This document shows, piece after piece, positions 1 through 9,300 of a DNA stretch of 64,000 nt. Under the pieces are notes generated by a model that ran no database searches, was not told the origin of the DNA, and saw only the letters and a list, made by a program, of their open reading frames with translations. Position numbers and translations under genes: made by a program. Positions within the stretch are counted from its first letter, which is position 1; each line of letters opens with the position of its first letter. The DNA is from Anaeromyxobacter sp. (GTDB lineage: Bacteria > Myxococcota > Myxococcia > Myxococcales > Anaeromyxobacteraceae): positions 64,001 through 128,000 of the forward strand of contig JASGJN010000020.1 in the NCBI GenBank assembly GCA_049840735.1, read 5' to 3'.

Positions 1-1000
1 GCGCCCAGGGGAGAGCGCGGCGGCGATGGCGGCGAGCTCGACCGGATTGCCGGTGCGGGTGCCGGTGCCGTGAGCCTCCACGTAGCGCACCCGCCCGCCC
101 TCGACGCCCGCGTCCCGGTGCGCCGCCCGCAGGAGCTCCTCCTGCCCCGCCCGGCTGGGCGTGCCCATGGAGCCGCTGCTCCGGCCGTCGTTGTTCACCG
201 CGCTGCCGCGGATCACGGCGTAGATCCGGTCCCGGTCGGCCCGCGCAGCCTCGAGCCGCTTGAGCACCACCAGCCCCGCACCCTCGCTGCGCACGTAGCC
301 GTCGCCGGACGCGTCGCCGAACTTGCAGCGGCCGTCGGCCGCCATCATGCCGCTCCTCGAGTACGCGAGCGTCACGTGCGGCTGGAGGATGACGTTTGCG
401 CCGCCCGCCAGCGCCAGCGGACACTCCCCGCTGCGCAGGCTCTGGACGGCCAGGTGGACCGCCACCAGCGACGACGAGCAGGCGGTGTCGAGGGTGAGGC
501 TGGGGCCGCGCAGGCCCAGGACGTAGGAGAGCCGCCCGGAGGCCGCGTACCGCCCGCTCCCGGTGGTCATGAAGAAGTCCAGCTCCTCCGGGCGCGCGAA
601 GAGGCGCGCCTCGAAGTCGCTCACCCACTGCCCCACGAAGACCCCGGTGCGCGAGCCCTCCAGCCGGTGGGCGTCGATCCCGGCGTCCTCCAGCGCCTCC
701 CAGCTGGTCTCGAGCAGCAGCCGCTGCTGCGGATTCGAGCCGCTCCGCCTCCCTGGGGGAGATGCCGAAGAAGCCCGCGTCGAGCTGATCGAGCCGCTCG
801 AGGTAGCCGCCCCACCGCGTCGAGATCCGGCCGGGCGTCCCCGGCCGCGGGTCGTACCAGCGCTCGACGTCGATGCGATTGGCGGGGATGGGCCCCACCG
901 CGGAGCGCCCCTCGGAGAGCAGCCGCCAGAGCCCGTCGGGACCATCGGCGCCGCCGGGGAAGCGGCAGCCGATCCCGACGATGGCCACCTCATCATTCAC
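1..1000 (-). CDS. Type I polyketide synthase, ketosynthase domain (5' part; runs off window; apparent frameshift at ~734)
   Basis: Manual translation [17 protein letters not shown]...[12 protein letters not shown][D]PQQRLLLE...[13 protein letters not shown]...EAHGTGT. The GTG start overlaps the thioesterase stop (GTGA). Removing one base at GATTC 732-736 restores the frame. Confidence 0.92.
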   Translation of the reverse strand, partial: MNDEVAIVGIGCRFPGGADGPDGLWRLLSEGRSAVGPIPANRIDVERWYDPRPGTPGRISTRWGGYLERLDQLDAGFFGISPREAERLESAAAAAARDQLGGAGGRRDRRPPAGGLAHRGLRGAVGERLRGAPLRAPGGAGLLHDHRERAVRGLRAALLRPGPARPQPHPRHRLLVVAGGGPPGRPEPAQRGVSAGAGGRRKRHPPAARDARVLEERHDGGRRPLQVRRRVRRRLRAQRGCGAGGAQAARGCAGRPGPDLRRDPRQRGEQRRPEQRLHGHAQPGGAGGAPAGGAPGRGRRGRAGALRGGSRHRHPHRQSGRARRHRRRALPWA

Positions 1001-1767
1001 GCGACGGCCTCGCGACCGGCCGCGAGGAGGGGCGCGAGCGCTGCCGCGAGGTCCGCCAGCAGCCCGGGCCGCTCCGCCTCCAGGTAGAAGTGCGCGCCCG
1101 GGAAGACGCGCAGCCGGAAGGCGCCCTGGGTCTCCTCGCGCCAGGCCTCGAGGTCCTCGCGGGACACGAGCGCGTCGCCGGCGCCGCCGAACGCGCTGAT
1201 GGGGCAGGCCAGCGGCGCGCGCCTCGGCGCCCGGTGGCGCTCCAGCGCGGCGATGTCGGCCCGGAGCGTGGGCAGGAGGAGCGCCAGCAGCTCCGGCTCC
1301 TGGAGCACCGCCTGGGGGATCCCGCCGTAGCGCTGCCGGATCTCCGCCACGAACGCGGCGTCGGCCAGCCCGTGCAGCGGCGCCTCGCGCGCGGGCAGGT
1401 GCGGCGGCCGGCGGGCCGAGACCAGCAGGTGGTCCGGGAGCGGGCCGCCGCGGGAAGCCAGCGCGCGCGCCACCTCGCTCGCGAGGACGGCGCCCATGCT
1501 GTGACCGAAGAGCGCGAAGGGGCGATCGAGCTGGGGCAGGAGCGCCGGGAGGAGCGCCTCCACCAGCCCGTCGATGGACGGGATGGGCGGCTCGCGCAGC
1601 CGGTTCTCGCGCCCGGGCAGCTGGACCGCGCAGACCTCCAGCGTCTCCGGCAGCGCGGCGGCCCAGAGCCGGAAGGCCGAGGCCCCGCCGCCGGCGTGCG
1701 CGAAGCAGAAGAGCCGGGCCCGCGCGGCAGGCCTGGGACCGTGCCGGATGAACCATGCGCTGCTCAC
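997..1767 (-). CDS. Type II thioesterase (PKS/NRPS-associated)
   Basis: RLFCFAHAGGGAS, VQLPGRENR, FGHSMG nucleophile motif, FPGAHFYL. Start taken at GTG 1767 (uncertain). Confidence 0.92.
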   Translation of the reverse strand: MSSAWFIRHGPRPAARARLFCFAHAGGGASAFRLWAAALPETLEVCAVQLPGRENRLREPPIPSIDGLVEALLPALLPQLDRPFALFGHSMGAVLASEVARALASRGGPLPDHLLVSARRPPHLPAREAPLHGLADAAFVAEIRQRYGGIPQAVLQEPELLALLLPTLRADIAALERHRAPRRAPLACPISAFGGAGDALVSREDLEAWREETQGAFRLRVFPGAHFYLEAERPGLLADLAAALAPLLAAGREAVA

Positions 1768-2274
1768 CGCGGGCACCGCCGCGGCGCAAGGAAGCTGCCT
1801 GAGCACACGGCCCCCATGACCATCACCGGCTCTCCCCCAGGTCGCATGATGGTACTCGAATCCCCGACATGTCGAAGTCCCGCGCTCGGGCGACTGGGAA
1901 AGCGGACATGACCACGAGTGCGGGGCCCCCACGGGCCCGCGACACTTCACCCGTTGCGCGCGGCCCGACGAGGTTCGGGCCGCGCTTCGGGATCCCGACG
2001 AGCCTTCCCCGACGGCGAGGCTCGTCGGGCCCGCGGGCCCGAGCTCCCGCCCGCCTGCAGCGACCGGAGCCGGCGGGCGCGGCGCCCTCGACGCCGGCGC
2101 GAGCGCGACCGCGGGCCATGCGGCGCGCCCTCGAGGAGCGGGCCCGCCCCGGAGACCTGGCCGAGGGCGCTGGGCAGGGTGGCACGCGGAGCGCCAGGGG
2201 ATGCGCCCAGCCCCTCTCCCGCGCCCCCGCCATAGCCTTTGACGCACGCAGCCGACCGGGCCTATGAGGGACCG

Positions 2275-3498
2275 ATGGCGGCCCGCACCAGCCGGAAGAA
2301 GGCGCCCAGGACCCGGGCGGCGCGAGGGCGAGCGAAGGCCGCGCCTCCCCGGGCCGTGCTGGGCAATGACCCCTTCGCGCGCGGCGCGGCCCCTCGCGCG
2401 CCGGCCCAGCCGCCGACGCCCCCGCTCGAGCCCCATCCCCCTCCCCGGGCCCCTGCGCCGGAGCCGGCCGCCGGGACCGGGCAGGCTTACGCCCGCGGTT
2501 CGACGGGCTCACCGGGGACGGACGAGGCGCGGGAGCGGCTGGTGGAGGTCGAGCGCCGGGTGGACGCCGCGCTGGACGGGGTCGAGGGGCGCCTGATGGA
2601 GCTCGCGGAGCGGGCCGGGCTGCGCCAGGCCCGGGCCGAGCTGGGCGAGACGCTCTCCCGGCTCCTGCCGCAGCTGCAGGCCAGGCTGGGCGCGGCGCTC
2701 GATCTGCTCAAGATGGTGGAGCCGCCCAGCCGGCTCGACCGCCACGGCATGGACCCGCGGCTGGTGGAGCGGGCGCTGCCGCTGGTCGAGTTCCTGTGCT
2801 CCACCTGGTGGCGGCTCAGGATCCAGGGCCTGGAGCAGGTGCCGTCGCGCGGGCCGGCCCTGGTGGTGGCCAACCACGCCGGCCTGGTCCCATGGGACGC
2901 GCTGGTGCTCCGCCACGCGCTGCGCCGGGACCACCCCGCCCACCGCGAGCTGCGCCCGCTGCTGGACGACCGCGAGTGCGACCGGCCGCTGGTCGGCGGC
3001 CTGGCCATCCGGCTGGGCGCCGTGCGCGCCACGCCCGAGGCGGCGGAGCAGGTGCTGCGCGGCGGCGACGTGCTGGGCGTCTTCCCGGAGGGGAGCGCCG
3101 CGGCCCGAAAGCTCTGGCGCGACCGCTACCGCATCCAGCGCTTCGGCCGCGGCGGCTTCGTGAAGCTGGCGCTGCGCACCGGGGCCACCATCGTCCCCTG
3201 CGCGGTGGTGGGCAGCGAGGAGGCCTCGCCGGGCATCGCCCGCACCGGCTGGCTGGCCGAGCTGCTGGGGCTCCCGCTGCTCTCCGCCAGCCCCGCGCTC
3301 CGCTTCGGCCCGGCCGCGCTGCTGCCGCTGCCCTCGCGCTGGTCGCTCCGCTTCGGCGAGCCCTTCGAGACCCGCTCGCTGGGGCCGGCCGCGGCCGAGC
3401 ACCAGCCCACCGTCAACGCGCTGGCCGAGCGCGTGCGGGCCTCGCTGCAGGCCATGCTGGACGAGGACGTGGCGGCGCGAGGGAGCGTGTTCCTCTGA
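2275..3498 (+). CDS. Lysophospholipid/glycerol acyltransferase family protein with Pro-rich/coiled N-terminus
   Basis: VANHAGLVPWD (HX4-5D-like), VFPEG, FGRGGFVKLALRTGATIVP. Confidence 0.88.
   Translation: MAARTSRKKAPRTRAARGRAKAAPPRAVLGNDPFARGAAPRAPAQPPTPPLEPHPPPRAPAPEPAAGTGQAYARGSTGSPGTDEARERLVEVERRVDAALDGVEGRLMELAERAGLRQARAELGETLSRLLPQLQARLGAALDLLKMVEPPSRLDRHGMDPRLVERALPLVEFLCSTWWRLRIQGLEQVPSRGPALVVANHAGLVPWDALVLRHALRRDHPAHRELRPLLDDRECDRPLVGGLAIRLGAVRATPEAAEQVLRGGDVLGVFPEGSAAARKLWRDRYRIQRFGRGGFVKLALRTGATIVPCAVVGSEEASPGIARTGWLAELLGLPLLSASPALRFGPAALLPLPSRWSLRFGEPFETRSLGPAAAEHQPTVNALAERVRASLQAMLDEDVAARGSVFL
2493..2521. repeat. Short-form palindromic repeat, in-frame within acyltransferase
   Basis: ccgcGGTTCGACGGGCTCACCggggacgg closely matches the copy at 19469-19497 (cgtGGTTCGACAGGCTCACCgcgaacgg). 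Confidence 0.7.
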
Positions 3499-3525
3499 TT
3501 CTGGGGCACCGGCTCGGTACGGCCT

Positions 3526-3577
3526 GCCTTCGACTCCGGGGCCGCCGCTGGCGGCCCCTACGCTCAGGCTGACCGGA
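3526..3577. repeat. Long-form REP-like palindromic repeat between convergent genes
   Basis: gcCTTCGACTCCG-gggccgcc gct ggcggccc-CTACGCTCAGgc. Confidence 0.9.
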
Positions 3578-3608
3578 ACCGTTTGACTGCTGGCCCGGCC
3601 CGCTCCGA

Positions 3609-4514
3609 TCAGGCCGCCTCAGGCGCGGCCACCGCCACGCCGGACTCGCTGGCCGGCTTCGCCTCCGCCCGCGCCGTCCGCGGCTGCTTGTGCGCCATCC
3701 GCACGTGCTCGGGCGGCTTGCGCAGGTCGCGCACGATCCCCACCGCCGAGAGCGCGCGCAGCGCGTAGTAGCTGACGTCGATCTCCCACCAGAAGAAGCC
3801 CTGGTTGGCGCTGGCCGCGAAGTAGTGGTGGTTGTTGTGCCAGCCCTCGCCGAACGTGAGCAGCGCCAGCACCAGGCTGTTGCGCGACCCCTCGCCGGTC
3901 TCGTAGCGCTTGCGACCGATGACGTGGGCCAGCGAGTTGATCACGTAGGTGCAGTGCCAGAGCACCACCGTGGAGACGAAGTAGCCCCACAGCAGCGCCG
4001 CCCAGCCGCCCGCCAGGAAGAGGACCGCCCCAAGGGCGATCGGCGGCACCACGTGCCAGCGATCGAGCCACCGCAGCTCGGGGAAGCGGGCCAGGTCCTT
4101 CACGCGGTCGAGCTTGGTCTCCTCGTGGGCGCGGGACAGGAACCAGCCCATGTGGCTCCACAGGAAGCCGCGCTGGACGGGCGAGTGGATGTCCTGCGGG
4201 CGATCGGAGAAGCGGTGGTGATCCCGGTGGTGGGCCGCCCACCAGAGCGGGCCCTTCTGCGTGGCCGCGGTCCCCAGCACCGCCAGCACGAGCTGGAACG
4301 CGCGCGAGGTCTTGTAGGCGCGGTGGGAGAAGTAGCGGTGGTAGCCGGCGGTGATGCCGAAGAGCCGGAGCGCCCAGGTCGCCGCCGCGAGCCCCAAGAG
4401 GCCCCAGGTGCCGGGCACCAGGAACGGCGTGGCCAGCGCCACCACGTGGACCGCGATGAACGGGATGGAGGGGAGCCAGGCGATGCGGTCGGCGGCGGGG
4501 GCGGTCTTCGACAT
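3609..4514 (-). CDS. Acyl-CoA/acyl-lipid (delta-9-type) fatty acid desaturase
   Basis: His boxes HRYFSH, HRDHH, GEGWHNNHH. Confidence 0.93.
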   Translation of the reverse strand: MSKTAPAADRIAWLPSIPFIAVHVVALATPFLVPGTWGLLGLAAATWALRLFGITAGYHRYFSHRAYKTSRAFQLVLAVLGTAATQKGPLWWAAHHRDHHRFSDRPQDIHSPVQRGFLWSHMGWFLSRAHEETKLDRVKDLARFPELRWLDRWHVVPPIALGAVLFLAGGWAALLWGYFVSTVVLWHCTYVINSLAHVIGRKRYETGEGSRNSLVLALLTFGEGWHNNHHYFAASANQGFFWWEIDVSYYALRALSAVGIVRDLRKPPEHVRMAHKQPRTARAEAKPASESGVAVAAPEAA

Positions 4515-4735
4515 GGGCCGAGGAAGTGGTGGCCGGCTGTCATGGGCGGGTCACGGCCGGAGCGCTCGCCCGCCGGGCCCTGGCTCGACGCGCCCCTGCA
4601 GCTCCGCGCCCGCTGCGCGGGCGCCACGCTCAGGGCAGGCGGGGTCTGGGGTGCGGGCCCCGGGGGATGCACCGCGCCCTGGTGAGGCGCACCGTGTTTC
4701 CAGAGGGTCTGTGGGCTGGGGAAGGCGGGGGTGCG

Positions 4736-5140
4736 ATGCTCGAGACTGTCCAGGCGTCCGGTGGAGGAGCTGAGCCCCAGAAGGAGGCCTTCATCAGGCT
4801 CATGGCGGAGACGCTGCCGCTGGCTGGCTACTCCGGCGTTCGGGCGGATCTGCCGGGCTGGGATCAGCCGGAGGTGATCCACGGCGCGGTGCGGGATCAC
4901 CGGCCCAGCCTGTTCTGCGACGCGCCCAAGCCGGTCTTCCTGGACGTGCTCGCGCCCGGGCCCATCTCCATCGAGGACGTGGCCAGCCGCTGGCAGCTGT
5001 TCGCGTCGGCGGCGGAGCTCACCTCGGGCGAGTTCCACGTGGTGCTGCCGCGCTGGGTGGCAGGGCGCGACGGCCGCCAGGTGGCGAAGCAGATCGCGGA
5101 GCTGGTGGGGGTGAGGATCGGGTACATCTGGGCGGTGTGA
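4736..5140 (+). CDS. Hypothetical protein (~134 aa)
   Basis: Coding-like codon usage and globular composition (VRADLPGWDQP...SRWQLFASAA...FHVVLP). Confidence 0.7.
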   Translation: MLETVQASGGGAEPQKEAFIRLMAETLPLAGYSGVRADLPGWDQPEVIHGAVRDHRPSLFCDAPKPVFLDVLAPGPISIEDVASRWQLFASAAELTSGEFHVVLPRWVAGRDGRQVAKQIAELVGVRIGYIWAV

Positions 5141-5160
5141 GCGGCGAACGCGATCGCCGC

Positions 5161-6027
5161 TCAGTCCTCCTCTCCTGGCGGCGGCGGCCGCTGCTTCTTC
5201 CCCCTCCCCTCGTCCTCCTCGTCCGGCGGTGGCTCGTTGCCGTCCGGCCCCAGCGCGGCCTGCGCGGCCGCCATGCGCAGGAACGCGTGCAGCTGCGCCG
5301 GCGCCTCCTCCGGCGGCGGCTCGAGGCCGCGCTGGATCCAGCCCGGGTGGCTCGGCAGCAGCTTGCGGAGTGCGTCCAGGCTGACGTGGTCGGCGGCGCG
5401 GGTCAGGTCCGGCCCCTTCTGCCCGCCCACGCCGCGCACCTGGTGGCACCCCAGGCAGCGCCAGCCGAAGACGCCCGCCCCGATGCGCGCGCCGTCCGGC
5501 GCCGCCTCCGGGACGGTCAGCGCCCGCGAGACCACCCGCGCACCGTTGACCACCTCCAGCGCGGTCAGGTCGCGCGCCCACCACTGGATGGCGCGCGGGT
5601 CGGTGGCGATGCCGCGCTGCTCGCCGCTGGGCCAGGCCACCAGCCGCCCCTCCACCGGCGCCCCGTCGGCCCGCTCCGCCAGCACCGGCCGGTACTGCCG
5701 GACCAGGCTCAGCGGCACCGGGACGGCCCGCTTGTCTGCGGTCCGGAGCACCAGGATGTCGGCCCCTGGCCGCAGCTCCACCCGCGCCAGGATGGCCCCC
5801 AGGTCCACCCCTTCGTAGGCCGCGGCCCGCCCGGTGACCGGGTCCACGCCCTGCACCGTGCGATGCGGCAAGGCCTTCAGGTCGGCCTCGCCCAGCTGGA
5901 ACGGGCCGCCCTTCACGGCCCCCTTCACCTCCAGCTGCGGCGGACCGGAGGGGGTCTTCGGCAGGCGGGGCCCGCTGCCGCACGCGGCCAGGAGGAGGAT
6001 CAGCAGGGCGATGGGCGTTCTTGTCAT
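5161..6027 (-). CDS. Lipoprotein with C-terminal c-type cytochrome domain
   Basis: Lipobox LAAC; heme motif CLGCH followed by GPDLT. Start 6027 or 6033. Confidence 0.8.
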   Translation of the reverse strand: MTRTPIALLILLLAACGSGPRLPKTPSGPPQLEVKGAVKGGPFQLGEADLKALPHRTVQGVDPVTGRAAAYEGVDLGAILARVELRPGADILVLRTADKRAVPVPLSLVRQYRPVLAERADGAPVEGRLVAWPSGEQRGIATDPRAIQWWARDLTALEVVNGARVVSRALTVPEAAPDGARIGAGVFGWRCLGCHQVRGVGGQKGPDLTRAADHVSLDALRKLLPSHPGWIQRGLEPPPEEAPAQLHAFLRMAAAQAALGPDGNEPPPDEEDEGRGKKQRPPPPGEED

Positions 6028-6079
6028 GGGCACCTTCGGTTATCCTCGTGACCCGACCTCGACGATGGGAGCATCCTGC

Positions 6080-6296
6080 GTGGCGCGCGCCTTCATCGGA
6101 AGCAAGGAGTGCAGGGTCCAGGTCGATCGCGACCTGGGAGACACCTGGGCCATCGCAGTCTACCCGCCGCCGGACGGTGGGAAGCCCTCCGCCCCGCTGG
6201 TCGTGAAGCTCCAGGGTAACGACCGCGAGGCGGCCACGCGCGGCGCCCTGGAGAATCCTCCAGAAGGCGGGGCAGATCGACACGTTCGAGCCCTGA
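6080..6296 (+). CDS. Small hypothetical protein (~71 aa), apparent frameshift at ~6254
   Basis: MARAFIGSKECRVQVDRDLGDTWAIAVYPPP...RGALE[ILQKAGQIDTFEP*] after removing one A in GAATC 6253-6257. Confidence 0.65.
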
Positions 6297-6397
6297 CCTC
6301 GGCCGTCTGCCCACGCCGTGCCCCAGCGGCATGGCGCTCGATAGGGATGTCCCGCCGTGGTACACCGGCAGGCACACACCGTCGAGCCTGGAGCGTC

Positions 6398-9300
6398 ATG
6401 GCCGAGCGCGATCTCACCCTCTGGCCCCCCGGGGCCGCCTCCACGGGCGGCGCAGACTCCATCGCCGACGAGCTGGCCTCGCGCATCGACGCGGTGCCCC
6501 CCTCCCCCGAGGACGCCATGTCGTGGGCCGCGCTGGCGGCCCGCTATGAGCGCGAGGCCTCGGCGCTGGTGGGCCGCCCCGGCGCAGCCCAGCTGCTGTT
6601 CGAGTCCGGCCGCATCCACGAGGAGCGGCTGGGCGACCCGGCCACGGCGCTGGCCCTCTACCGCCGCTCGATGTTCGCCGACTCCGGCTTCGTGCCGAAC
6701 CTGCAGGCCGCCCGGCGCCTGGCCATGGACCGCGGCGACGACGCCATCGCCGCCGAGGTGCTGGCCGCAGAGGCCGCCGCCACGCCCGAGCCGGAGGGAC
6801 GCGCCGAGCTCCTGCGCCTGCGCGGCCGGCTCCTGGCCGGGCTGGGCCAGGCCGAGGACGCGGCCGCGGTGCTGGCCGAGGCCGACGCGCTGGCGCCGGA
6901 CAGCTTCGCCGCCACCGAGGAGTCGGCCCGGGCCGCCGCCCAGGGCGGGGATCGGTCCGCGCTGGCCGAGGCCTACCTGCGCTGCGCCCAGGCGGTGGGC
7001 GACGACCGGCTGGCGGCCCACTACCTCGCCGCGGCCGCGGCGGTCTGCGGCGAGGGGCTGGGCGAGATGGACCGCGCCGCCGAGCTGGCGCTGCAGGCCT
7101 TCGCCCGCTGCCCCACCGACGCCCTGATCCGCAGCGCCGCCCGGCTCCACGCCGAGCGCATCGGGCGGCTGGACGCGCTGGCCGGGATCCTCCGCACCGA
7201 CGCCGCGGCCGCCTCGGGTCCGGAGGCGGCGCGGGACCTGCTCGACCTCTCGCGCGTGGAGGAGCGGCGCGGCGACGGCGCCGCGGCGGGGGATGCGCTG
7301 GAGCGGGCCTGGACCGAGGCCCCGGACGATCCGCGCGTGCTCTCGGCGCTGGCCGATCTGCGCGAGTCGCGCCAGGAGTGGCCGGCCGCGTCGGAGGCGC
7401 TGGCGGCGCTGGCCGAGGCGCACCAGGCGCGCCCGGAGGACGGCCACCGGCTGGAGGCCGTCGCGGCCCACCTGCGCCGGCTGGAGCTCGAGGAGGTGCA
7501 CCTGGGCCGGCCCGAGGAGGCGCGCCGCGCCTGCCAGGCGGTGCTGGTCCTGGAGCCCGGGCAGCGCACGGCCCTGGCCGCGCTGGGCCGGCTCTGCGCC
7601 CGCGCCGGCGACTGGGAGGGCGTGCTGGCCGCCTTCCGGGCCGAGGCCGAGGCGGCCCGCGACCCGCTGGAGCGGGCGCAGCGGACCTTCAAGGCCGCGC
7701 AGGTGCTGGAGGAGCGGCTGGGCCGCGCCGCCGGGGCGGTGGAGGCCTACCAGGCGGCGCTGGCCGCCGACCCGGACCTGCTGGCCGCCCGGAGCGCGCT
7801 GGAGCGGCTGCTGGAGCGCGAGGGGCGCTGGGCCGAGCTGTGCGCCTTCCTGGAGGAGGACCTGGCCGGCGCCGCGGCGGGCGATCAGGTGGCGGTGCTG
7901 CTCCGGGTGGCGCGCCTGCGCGAGGAGCGGCTGGGCGACCTGGGCGCGGCCGAGGCCGGCTACCGGCGCGTGCTGGCGCTCGACCCGGGCAACGGCGCCG
8001 CCTTCCGCGCGCTGGCCGCGGCGCTGGAGCGGCGCGGCGCGGCCGCCGAGCTGGCCGACGTGCTGGCCCAGCAGGCCGCCGCCACCGGCGACCGGCGCCG
8101 CCGCCTGGCGCTGCTGCAGCGCCGGGCCGAGGCGGTCGAGGAGGCCGGCGGCGCCCCCGAGGACGCCGCGGCCGCCTGGGAGGAGGTCCGGGTGGTGGAG
8201 CCCTTCCACCTGCCCGCGCTCCGCGCGCTGGGGCGGCTCCACGCCGCCGCCGGCCGGTGGGACCGGCTGGCGGACATGTTCCGGGCCCAGGCCGACGCGG
8301 CCTCGGACCCGGCCCAGGCCGCCGAGCTGCTGCTCCGGACCGGCGAGCTGCTGGAGCGGCGGCTCTCGCGGACCGACGAGGCGGTGAAGGCCTACCACGA
8401 GGTGCTCACGCTGGAGCCCTCGCACCTGCCTGCCCTGCTGGCCCTCTCGCGCCTGCACCGGGCCCGCGGCGAGCCGGAGGAGCTGGCCCACGTGCTCCAC
8501 GCGCAGGCGCTGGCCCGCATCGCGCCGGAGGAGCGCGCCGCGGCGCTGGCCGAGCTGGGTCAGCTCTGCGAGGAGCGGCTCTCGGATCCGGGCCGCGCCG
8601 CCGAGAGCCACGAGGAGGCGCTGGCCATCGCGCCCGGGTTCGCCCCCTCGCGCCGCGCGCTGGAGCGGCTCTACGTGCAGCTGGGGCGGCGCGACGCGCT
8701 GCGGGCGCTGCGCCGGGCCGCGCTGGACGACGCCCAGGCAGAGGACCGCGCCGGCCGGCTGCACCGGCTGGCCTGGCTGGAGGCGGACGGGCTGGGCGAC
8801 GCCGCTGCCGCGCAGGAGGCCGCGGCGCGCCTGGCGGAGCTCGAGCCAGGCAGCCCGGCGCCGCCGCTGGTGGAGCTGCGCACCGCCGCCGAGCCGGCCC
8901 GCCGGGCCCGCGCCCGCGAGCAGCTGGCGGCCACCGCCGCGGCCCCAGGCCCGGGCGCGGCGCTGCTGGTGGCGGCCGCGCTGGAGGCCCCCTCGCCCGC
9001 GCCGGAGCGGCGCGAGATGCTGGCCCGGGCCGCGGCGCTGGAGCCGCAGAGCCCGGCCCTCCTGCCCGAGTTCGAGCGGCGCGCCCGCGCCGGCGGCGCC
9101 CACGCCGAGCTGGCGCAGGAGTGCGAGCGGCGCTCCGGCGCAGAGGCCGACCCGGCCGCCCGGGCCGCCTGGGCGGTCCAGGCCGGCGAGGCCTGGGAGC
9201 AGGCCGGCGAGCCGGACCGCGCCCTGGCCGCCTACGGCCTGGCCCTGGAGGCCGCGCCATCCCACCTGGCCGCGCTGCGCGCGGCGCGGGCGCTGCAGGC

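Noticed and set aside
1890..2165. Cobalamin riboswitch (ACTGGGAA and GGAGACCTG fragments)
   Set aside because: Other conserved elements and spacing are missing, and the downstream gene is unrelated to B12.
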